NCBI GenBank assembly: GCA_966252305.1
Contig: CBINOO010000002.1
Coordinates: 98,862-162,861 of the forward strand
Length of the DNA stretch: 64,000 nucleotides
DNA from: an uncultured Acidimicrobiia bacterium
Lineage (GTDB): Bacteria; Acidobacteriota; Vicinamibacteria; Vicinamibacterales; SCN-69-37
Direction: 5' to 3'
Shown here: positions 49,756-57,356 of the stretch, piece by piece
Layout of the letters: each line of letters starts with the position of its first letter
Position numbering within the stretch: the stretch's first letter is position 1
Notes under the pieces: generated by a model
What the model was told of the DNA's origin: nothing
What the model saw: only the letters and a program-made list of their open reading frames with translations
Database searches by the model: none
Translations under genes and position numbers: made by a program

Positions 49756-52466
49756 TGCGACGCCTTGCCGCCCTGACGATCACGATCATTCTCGCCTGGC
49801 TGCTCGTGGCCCGGCTGGGTGACACGACGGCGACGACCACTGCGCTTGCGCTCGGTGTCGCGCTCATCGCAGCGACGATCGTCGGCTGGCTGCTCGAGTT
49901 CGTGCGCCTCCCAAGGCTGACAGGGTACCTGGCCTTCGGCCTGGTCTGCGGCCCGTTTGTCGCCGACATCATCACCCGACCAATGGCGCGCGACCTGCAG
50001 CTGGTCAACGGCCTGGCCATCGCGGTGATCGCGTTCAGTGCCGGTCTCCAGCTCAACATCTCGCGGCTGCGCGCGCGCCTGCGCACGATTTCAACGATGG
50101 CCGCCGTGACCATCGGCCTGACCTTCGTCGGGTTGTATGCGCTGCTGTTTTTTGCGTGGCCCTGGCTGCCGATTGCGCCGGACGTCACCCTGGCTCAGCG
50201 CGCAGCCATCGTGGCGGTGGCCACCTCGGTGCTTGTGGCGTTTTCTCCCACGGTGACGTTGGCCGTGATGGCCGAAACGCGCGCGCGCGGACGCCTGGCC
50301 GAACTGACCCTCGCCGTGGTCGTGCTTGGCGACCTTGCGCTGATCCTGCTGTTTGCGATTTCGATGGAGTGGACCCGCGGCGTGTTCCTCGAAACGCCGA
50401 ACGCGCCGGAACTGGTGGCGTCCCTCCTGTGGGAGCTGCCGGGCTCGATGGCCTTTGGCGTCGCGGTGGGCGCATTGTTCGCGTTGTACCTGCGATGGGT
50501 TGGTCGCGAAGTCACGCTGGCGCTCGTTGCGTTGTGCGCCGTGTTGTCCGGGGCCAGCGAGTTGTGGCAGTTCGACGGGTTGATTGCCGCGCTGGTCGCC
50601 GGCCTGGTCGTTGAAAACGTCACGACCGAACAAGGCGACGTGTTGCGGGATGCGATCGAGCGTGGATCGACGCCCATCCTGGTGGTGTTCTTCACGGCTG
50701 CCGGCGCGTCATTCCAGGTCGATGCGCTCGCCGTCATCGGCGTGTTTGCCGTCGTCATGGTCGCCATTCGCGTTGCGCTGCTGTATGTGGGCACCCAGAT
50801 CGGCGCGCGGGTCGCCCGCGCCGATGACGAGGCGACGCCGCTGTTGTGGCGCGGACTAGTGTCCCAGGCCGGGATCACGCTGGGCTTGACCATCCTCGTG
50901 TCGACCGAATTCCCCGACTGGGGCGGACGCTTCGAAACGCTCGTGGTCTCGATGATCGCGATGCACGAAGTCATAGGCCCGATTCTGTTCAAGGCCGCAC
51001 TGGTGCGCGTCGGCGAGACGGGACGGTCGGCCGGTGGACTGGTGGTCGTCTCCAACCGTGAACCGTACCTGCATCAATATGCCGACGATGGCAGCATCAC
51101 CGTGCGGGCGACGCCTGGCGGCGTCTCGGTCGCGCTTGATGCGTTGATGCGTGAGCGCGGCGGCGTCTGGGTTGCGCACGGCGCAGGCACAGCCGACAAG
51201 GCGGTCGTCGACGAACGGGACTCGGTCGAGGTGCCGCCAGAGAATCCGTCCTACCGGCTGCGACGACTCTGGCTGACACCGGAGGAAGAAGCCGGCTATT
51301 ACACCGGGTTTGCCAACGGCGCGTTGTGGCCGCTCTGCCATCAGGCGCATGTCCGCCCCGTCTTCCGCGCGGAGGAGTGGGAGATGTATCAGCTGGTGAA
51401 CCGCCGGTTCGCCGAGGCCACGGCGGCCGAAGCGCCTGCGGAAGCGTCAGTGTTCCTCAACGACTACCACCTCGCGCTCGTGGCCGAATCGCTGCGCGAA
51501 CTGCGCCCTCGTCTGCGTACTGCGCTCTTCTGGCATATCCCGTGGCCGGACACCGACCGCCTGCGCATCTGCCCATGGCGCGTCGAGATCATTCGCGGCC
51601 TGCTGGCCAACGACCTCGTGGCGTTTCAACTGCCCAGAGACCAGCGTAACTTCCTGCAGGCCGTCGAAGACGAACTGGGGGCTGAGGTCTCTGATGAAAC
51701 CGTGTACCTGGGAGACCGGCCGGTTCGTGTGGCCGCGATTCCCATTGGCGCCGACTTCGACCGCATCACCTCGATCCTGGCCGATGACGCCCTGCCTGGA
51801 CGCATGAGCACACTGCTGGATCGCTACAACCTGCGCGGCCGGGTGATCGGGATTGGGGTGGATCGCCTCGACTACACCAAAGGCATTCCCGAACGGATGG
51901 CGGCGCTTGGGCGCGCCCTTGACCAGTCGCCCGGGCTGGCGTCACGTTTCACGTTCGTGCAGATCGGGGTGCCGTCACGGGAGGACGTGCAGGGCTACGC
52001 GGAGATCTCCGCCGAGGTGGACTCCATCGTTCACGGCATCAACACCCGGCACGGCGAGGGGCCCGACAGCGGACCGATCCTCTACTTGAAGCAGTCGTTC
52101 GCGATGCCCGACCTTGTGGCGTGGTACCGGTTGGCCGACTTCTGCATCGTCTCGTCGCTGCATGACGGCATGAACCTCGTCGCCAAGGAGTTCGTGGCCG
52201 CGCGTGACGACTTCGGGGGCGTCCTGATTCTCAGCGAACTGGCGGGCGCCGCGCAGGAGCTCGAAGAGGCGCTGATCATCAACCCGTACGACGAGCGGGG
52301 ATTCACCGACGCGATCCTGCACGCCGTTGCGATGCCCGAGTGGGAGGTGCGGCGACGTATGCAGGCCCTGCGTCGACGAGTGGCCGGACGCGACGTGCTT
52401 GCGTGGGCCTCCGACATCCTGCATCAACTCGAACGAAGAAAGGTGGGAGGGTTCTTTTCTGGCTGA
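49755..52466 (+). CDS. otsA: Fusion of a cation:proton antiporter-like domain (to ~51020) and trehalose-6-phosphate synthase (GT20, from ~51039)
   Basis: N-terminal half: LPRLTGY..G...GP, IAF.AG.., SP..TLAV..E..ARG, SQAG..LGL and E.IGP. C-terminal half: VVSNREP, GGV..AL, YY.GFAN..LWPLCH, DYHL, FWHIPWP, DRLDYTKG and DGMNLVAKE. Confidence 0.88.
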   Translation: MRRLAALTITIILAWLLVARLGDTTATTTALALGVALIAATIVGWLLEFVRLPRLTGYLAFGLVCGPFVADIITRPMARDLQLVNGLAIAVIAFSAGLQLNISRLRARLRTISTMAAVTIGLTFVGLYALLFFAWPWLPIAPDVTLAQRAAIVAVATSVLVAFSPTVTLAVMAETRARGRLAELTLAVVVLGDLALILLFAISMEWTRGVFLETPNAPELVASLLWELPGSMAFGVAVGALFALYLRWVGREVTLALVALCAVLSGASELWQFDGLIAALVAGLVVENVTTEQGDVLRDAIERGSTPILVVFFTAAGASFQVDALAVIGVFAVVMVAIRVALLYVGTQIGARVARADDEATPLLWRGLVSQAGITLGLTILVSTEFPDWGGRFETLVVSMIAMHEVIGPILFKAALVRVGETGRSAGGLVVVSNREPYLHQYADDGSITVRATPGGVSVALDALMRERGGVWVAHGAGTADKAVVDERDSVEVPPENPSYRLRRLWLTPEEEAGYYTGFANGALWPLCHQAHVRPVFRAEEWEMYQLVNRRFAEATAAEAPAEASVFLNDYHLALVAESLRELRPRLRTALFWHIPWPDTDRLRICPWRVEIIRGLLANDLVAFQLPRDQRNFLQAVEDELGAEVSDETVYLGDRPVRVAAIPIGADFDRITSILADDALPGRMSTLLDRYNLRGRVIGIGVDRLDYTKGIPERMAALGRALDQSPGLASRFTFVQIGVPSREDVQGYAEISAEVDSIVHGINTRHGEGPDSGPILYLKQSFAMPDLVAWYRLADFCIVSSLHDGMNLVAKEFVAARDDFGGVLILSELAGAAQELEEALIINPYDERGFTDAILHAVAMPEWEVRRRMQALRRRVAGRDVLAWASDILHQLERRKVGGFFSG

Positions 52467-53277
52467 ATCACCCGACGTGGTGGCCGGCGCCGTGCTGGAT
52501 TGGCTTGCGGAGCGGCCATTGCTGCTCGCCACGGACTTTGACGGAACACTGGCGGACATCGCTCCGACACCTGATGCGGCGGTGATGTCGGAGAACGTCG
52601 CGACCGCGCTCGCGCAATTGTCAGAACATCCGCGGGCGACGGTCGCCGTCGTCAGTGGGCGGCGGATGGACGATGTTCGCGCTCGCACCGGTGACGTCGC
52701 CGCGTACGTGGGCGGGCTGCATGGTCTGGAAGTCGCGGGACCCAAGGGGGGATTCCTGCATCCGGCACTCAAGGATGTGGAGCCGGTGCTGGCAGACATC
52801 CGGCAGCGCGCCGTCGCCAGGCTCGAGTGGTGTGAGGGTGTCGTCATCGAAGACAAACAGTTCGCGTTGACGTGCCATGTACGCCGCGTCGCGCCAGAGC
52901 TGGCGGGCCGCGCTCTGGGGCAGTTCCTGGATATTGCCCAGCCGGCGCTTGACGCCGATGTGCTGCGCGCCCTGCCCGGCGCGCAGGCGCTGGAACTGCT
53001 GCCGTCGGTGGACTGGCACAAAGGCAAGGCCGTCGAGTGGATCCGCTCGGTGGTCGACACCGGACCGCAGTCGGGCGTCGGCGTTGTGTACCTTGGTGAC
53101 GACCGGACCGACGAGGATGCGTTTGCCACCCTGGGACGGCGCGGCATTTCGATAGGCGTGGGCTCCAGGCCCAGCGAGCGCCTGATTCAGCATCGTCTTG
53201 CTGGACCGGCTGACGTTGGTGTGTTGCTGCGGCGGTTGCATGCGGCGCTTCCGTCTCGCGCGCACCAGGCGTCCTGA
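52459..53277 (+). CDS. otsB: Trehalose-6-phosphate phosphatase (HAD family)
   Basis: Motifs TDFDGTL, VVSGR, GLHGLE, EDK, KGKAV and YLGDDRTDEDAF. The start is uncertain (CTG 52459 or GTG 52477). Confidence 0.88.
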   Translation: MAESPDVVAGAVLDWLAERPLLLATDFDGTLADIAPTPDAAVMSENVATALAQLSEHPRATVAVVSGRRMDDVRARTGDVAAYVGGLHGLEVAGPKGGFLHPALKDVEPVLADIRQRAVARLEWCEGVVIEDKQFALTCHVRRVAPELAGRALGQFLDIAQPALDADVLRALPGAQALELLPSVDWHKGKAVEWIRSVVDTGPQSGVGVVYLGDDRTDEDAFATLGRRGISIGVGSRPSERLIQHRLAGPADVGVLLRRLHAALPSRAHQAS

Positions 53278-53304
53278 AACCAATTGCTCACTTAGAACGT
53301 CTAA
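53275..53304 (+). promoter_or_regulatory. Candidate ECF-type promoter overlapped by a palindromic PadR-like operator
   Basis: TGAAAC-N17-CGTCTAA, with the palindrome TTAGA-acg-TCTAA at 53292-53304, 6 nt before the ATG. Confidence 0.5.
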
Positions 53305-53310
53305 TGTCGC

Positions 53311-53652
53311 ATGCCGCGACCAAAGACCAATTCCGACCAGTTGCACGGGACCCTCGACCTGCTTGTGCTGCGGGTGCTCCGCTCCGGGCCGCAGCACGGG
53401 TACGCCATCACGCAGCGACTCAAGGCGCTGTCGGAAGACGTGCTGCAGGTCGAAGAAGGGTCGCTGTATCCGGCCCTGTATCGGATGGAGCAGCGTGGCT
53501 GGATTGCGTCCGAGTGGGCGGTGACCGAGCGAAACCGGCGGGCGCGCTACTACACACTCACACCGGCGGGGCGCCGGCAGGTTGAGGCCGAACGCGCCAG
53601 CTGGTCGCGTCTGTCCGGCGCCGTCAACCTGGTCATCGCAGGGACGGAGTAG
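53311..53652 (+). CDS. PadR-family transcriptional regulator (acidobacterial type)
   Basis: Motifs GTLDLLVL, HGYAI, VEEGSLYPALYRME and NRRARYY.LT..GR. Confidence 0.93.
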   Translation: MPRPKTNSDQLHGTLDLLVLRVLRSGPQHGYAITQRLKALSEDVLQVEEGSLYPALYRMEQRGWIASEWAVTERNRRARYYTLTPAGRRQVEAERASWSRLSGAVNLVIAGTE

Positions 53653-53654
53653 CC

Positions 53655-56294
53655 ATGCGTCTCTGGCGAGTGCTTCGCGCGCGGGTGCGTGCCCTGTTTG
53701 GTCGCGACGTGGTGACCGGCGAGGTCAGTGAAGAACTGCAGCACCACATCGACCTTGCCACCGACGACAACATCGCGAATGGCATGTCGCCGGCCGATGC
53801 GCGTGCCGAGGCGATGCGGCGCTTCGGGAACGTGCCCTCGCTGCAGGATCGCGCGTATGACGTACGCGGAGGCGGCGTGATTGAAGCGATCTGGCGAGAC
53901 GCCCGCTACGCCGGCCGCGTCATGCTTCGGCAGCCGGTCTTCTCGGCGATCGCTGTCGCGACAATTGCGCTTGGTGTGGGCGCCACGTCCACGATCTTCG
54001 GCGTCGCCAACGGCGTGTTGCTCAAGCCGCTGCCGTACGCCGAGCCGGATCGGCTGGCGATGGTCTGGATGACCAACGCGCGGATCAACCTCCGGGAGGA
54101 TTGGCATTCGCTCCCCAACATCGAGGACTACCGCGCCGCCAACTCGACCTTCGACGCCATCGCCGTGTACAACACGACCGCCCTCAACCTCACCGGTCAG
54201 GGAGATGCGCAGCGGGTCACCGGCGCTCGCGCGTCGGCGAATCTCTTTGACGTGTTGGGCGTGGAGGCCGCGCGCGGCCGGGTGTTTACGGCAGAGGAGG
54301 ATCAGCCCGGGCGTGACGCCGTGGTGGTGCTTTCGCACGGATTCTGGCAACGGGCATTTGGGGGCGACCCCGCCATCCTTGGCCGCACGATCGAATTGTC
54401 CGGCCGCACGCGTGAAGTCATCGGCGTCATGCCGCAGGGCTTTGCGTTTCCAGCGCCGGCCACCGAGTTCTGGATTCCGAACGCGCCCTCCGAGCAACTG
54501 CGGAACAGTCGCGGATCCCTGTGGCTGCTCGCGATCGGGCGCATGAAGCCGGGCATCAGCGTGGAGCGTGCGCAGGCAGACCTGGAGCCCATCGCCGAAG
54601 ACATCGTGCGGCGATTCCCCAATCAGGAGGGCTACGGCGTCTATGTGGCCGGATACCACGAGTCCCTCGTGGCTCGCACCCGGCCGGCCATCGTGGCCCT
54701 GCTCGGCGCGGTCACATTCCTCCTCCTCATCGCCTGCGTCAACGTCGCGAACCTGTTGTTGTCTCGCGCCTCGGTGCGGGAGCGCGAGATTGCCCTGCGA
54801 ACCGCGATTGGCGCGGGCCGATGGCGACTGGTGCGGCAGTTGCTCACCGAAAGCCTCGTCCTGGCGTGTACCGGCGGTGCAGTGGGACTGGCGCTGGCCT
54901 GGCTCGGCCTGCGCACCCTTGTGGCGACGGCGCCCGCGAACCTCCCGCGGCTGGACAACATCACGCTCGACTGGACGGTGATTGGGTTCTCGTTTGCCGC
55001 CGCGCTGGTCACCGGCCTGATCTTCGGTGTCGTGCCGGCGTGGCAAATCAGCCGCTCCGGCATCGGCAGCGCGCTCAAGGAGGGCGGCCGAGGTGTGTCC
55101 TCCGGCGTCGGTCGTTGGGTAGGGCGCACGCTGGTGGTCGTGCAGGTGGCACTGGCTCTTGTCCTGCTCACCGGCGCAGGCCTGATGGTGCAGAGCTTCA
55201 TGCGCATGCAGGGGCTCGATCTCGGCTTTGACGGCGCGCGAGTGATGACGATGCAGATGACCGTGTCGGGCCAGGCCTACCAGACACCAGCCGCGGGTGT
55301 GGCCTTCTTCGAGCGCGTGCTCGAGCGCGTGCGCGCAGTACCCGGCATCGAAAGCGCTTCACTCGTGTCCGGACTGTTTCTTTCAGCAACACCCAATTCG
55401 ACCGGCTTCAATATCGAAGGGCGACCGGTCTTCAGTCCGGTCGAGAGTGTTGAGGTGCCGGTCGACGCCGTGGCTCCCGGGTACTTCGCTACGATGCGGA
55501 TCCCCGTACGACGTGGTCGCGAATTCCAGCCATCTGACACGGCCGACGCCACACCCGTCGTCATCATCAACGAGACCATGGCCAGGCAGTTCTGGCCGGG
55601 CGAGGACCCGGTGGGACGTCGAATCACCTACGGTGTGCCCGACACCAACACCCAGTGGCTCACCATCGTGGGTGTGGTGGCCGATACGAGGCGCACCGGC
55701 TACGAAGCGCCCGTGCGGCCTGAGACCTACCTTCCGCTGGCCCAGTTTCCCTCTCGCAGCATGATGCTGGTTGCGCGCACGGCGGGAGAGCCCCTCGCGA
55801 TGCTGCCCGCGATTCGACGTGTCGTGCGCGAGATCGATCCGGGTCAGCCCATCTACCGCGAGGCGACCGTTGACGAGTTGTCGTCCGCGCTGACCGCGGA
55901 ACGCCGCCTCAATACGGTGCTCTTCGTCATCTTCGCTGTGGTCGCGGCTCTGCTGGCCGCCGCAGGCATTTACGGGGTGATTGCGTATTCGGTGGAACAA
56001 CGCAGGCGTGAGCTGGGGGTGCGTCTCGCGCTGGGGGCGCAGCCGCCGGCGGTCTTCGCCCTGGTGCTGCGCGAAGGCATGGTCATGGCGGTTGTTGGTG
56101 TCATCGGAGGCGTGCTCGCGGCACTTGCGGCGACCAGTGCCATGAGCACGCTCCTGTACGACACCAGCGCGACCGATCCCTGGACGTTCACGATGATGGC
56201 ACTGGGCGCCCTGATTGTGGCGGCGCTCGCCTGTGTGTGGCCGGCCTGGCGTGCCATGCGCGTGGACCCGCTCACGGCACTCCGGGCCGAGTGA
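53655..56294 (+). CDS. Duplicated MacB/FtsX-type orphan ABC permease (ADOP-like) with an N-terminal prefix domain
   Basis: Prefix EEL..H....GMS..AR..A.RRFG. Motifs LLIACVNVANLLL.R...R.RE...R.A.GA, RRRELGVRLALGA and P..RA.RVDP..ALR.E. Confidence 0.92.
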   Translation: MRLWRVLRARVRALFGRDVVTGEVSEELQHHIDLATDDNIANGMSPADARAEAMRRFGNVPSLQDRAYDVRGGGVIEAIWRDARYAGRVMLRQPVFSAIAVATIALGVGATSTIFGVANGVLLKPLPYAEPDRLAMVWMTNARINLREDWHSLPNIEDYRAANSTFDAIAVYNTTALNLTGQGDAQRVTGARASANLFDVLGVEAARGRVFTAEEDQPGRDAVVVLSHGFWQRAFGGDPAILGRTIELSGRTREVIGVMPQGFAFPAPATEFWIPNAPSEQLRNSRGSLWLLAIGRMKPGISVERAQADLEPIAEDIVRRFPNQEGYGVYVAGYHESLVARTRPAIVALLGAVTFLLLIACVNVANLLLSRASVREREIALRTAIGAGRWRLVRQLLTESLVLACTGGAVGLALAWLGLRTLVATAPANLPRLDNITLDWTVIGFSFAAALVTGLIFGVVPAWQISRSGIGSALKEGGRGVSSGVGRWVGRTLVVVQVALALVLLTGAGLMVQSFMRMQGLDLGFDGARVMTMQMTVSGQAYQTPAAGVAFFERVLERVRAVPGIESASLVSGLFLSATPNSTGFNIEGRPVFSPVESVEVPVDAVAPGYFATMRIPVRRGREFQPSDTADATPVVIINETMARQFWPGEDPVGRRITYGVPDTNTQWLTIVGVVADTRRTGYEAPVRPETYLPLAQFPSRSMMLVARTAGEPLAMLPAIRRVVREIDPGQPIYREATVDELSSALTAERRLNTVLFVIFAVVAALLAAAGIYGVIAYSVEQRRRELGVRLALGAQPPAVFALVLREGMVMAVVGVIGGVLAALAATSAMSTLLYDTSATDPWTFTMMALGALIVAALACVWPAWRAMRVDPLTALRAE

Positions 56295-56297
56295 TGC

Positions 56298-56930
56298 CTA
56301 CTGGACGCGGTCGTAGACGCGCTTGATCTCGGTGACCGGCAGCCGCGTCATCGTCGCCGAGATCTTGACGGTGACGGTCAGCTGCTTGCCGTCGGCGCTG
56401 GGGACGTAGTCCTCAACGACCTTGAGGGATTCCCGTGTGGTGATCTCTCGGCGCAGCCCCGACTTGCCCTCCCACTTCACCTTGATCTCGAGTGGGCCGG
56501 CCTCGGTGGCCTGCGTGGTCTTTTTGCCGTCCGTGGTGTACTTCGCGGCCATCTGTTTTGCCGGATCCGGATCGAACACGATCAGCACATCCTTCATCGT
56601 CGCCTGAATGCCAAGCGTCGGTGGCGCCTGCCGCAGCATGCGGAGATGGCTATTCAGACGTTGCGCCTCTTCGACCCCCAGATCGCCGCCGGGAGGCGGA
56701 CCGCTGCCCACTGACGTCTGATTCGGTCCACGGTCGGGTCCCGACCGATTGCCACGCCCCCGCGCTCCGGCGCCTTCGGGACCATTGGGGTTCACGCTCG
56801 CGTCGACATTGAGTTTCCAGCCGCCCGACAGCGCTGCGGGAAGATCGGCAGGCTGTGATGCGGCCGCAGTCAGGGGAAGAACGACGGCCAGCAGGCCGAT
56901 GAGTACAGGTCGTGCTCGATGGTGCGCCAT
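56298..56930 (-). CDS. Hypothetical exported protein (possible beta-barrel/lipocalin-like)
   Basis: Signal peptide, LSG.WKLN...S, a Gly-rich insert, and a C-terminal S.DGK.LTV...RVYDR. Confidence 0.7.
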   Translation of the reverse strand: MAHHRARPVLIGLLAVVLPLTAAASQPADLPAALSGGWKLNVDASVNPNGPEGAGARGRGNRSGPDRGPNQTSVGSGPPPGGDLGVEEAQRLNSHLRMLRQAPPTLGIQATMKDVLIVFDPDPAKQMAAKYTTDGKKTTQATEAGPLEIKVKWEGKSGLRREITTRESLKVVEDYVPSADGKQLTVTVKISATMTRLPVTEIKRVYDRVQ

Positions 56931-57018
56931 ATGCGCCAGACCTCCGGCAGCGATTCTACGCCCATCTCACCCACGCCACGCAGGCAGGCCAACCCCGCCT
57001 CGCCTTTTATCGTCTATT

Positions 57019-57037
57019 TGCTTCACAATGTGAAGCA
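57019..57037. promoter_or_regulatory. Palindromic operator candidate directly upstream of the second padR
   Basis: Perfect TGCTTCACA-a-TGTGAAGCA ending 1 nt before the ATG at 57039. Confidence 0.65.
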
Positions 57038-57038
57038 T

Positions 57039-57356
57039 ATGTTGGGCGAGTTTGAACATCTCGTATTGCTGGCCGTGTTGCGGCTGGGTGAAGACGCGTA
57101 TGGCGCCACCATCCGGCGGGAGATTGAGTCACGCGTACGACGGGAGCTGTCCATCAGCGCGACGTACGTCACCCTCGACCGCCTCGAAGGGAAGGGCCTG
57201 GTGCGGTCCCGCATCGGAGAACCCACGGCCGAGCGGGGCGGCCGACGCCGGCGCCACTACGCGCTGACCGCCCCGGGACGCCGCGCACTGGCGGCGAGTC
57301 ATCGCGCCTTCCGAACGATGGCCGAGGGGCTGGAAGAGGAACTGGAGCGTTCGTGA
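57039..57356 (+). CDS. PadR-family transcriptional regulator
   Basis: Motifs LGEFE.LVLLA, AYG..I, YVTLDRLE.KG and RGGR.RR.Y.LT..G. Confidence 0.92.
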   Translation: MLGEFEHLVLLAVLRLGEDAYGATIRREIESRVRRELSISATYVTLDRLEGKGLVRSRIGEPTAERGGRRRRHYALTAPGRRALAASHRAFRTMAEGLEEELERS

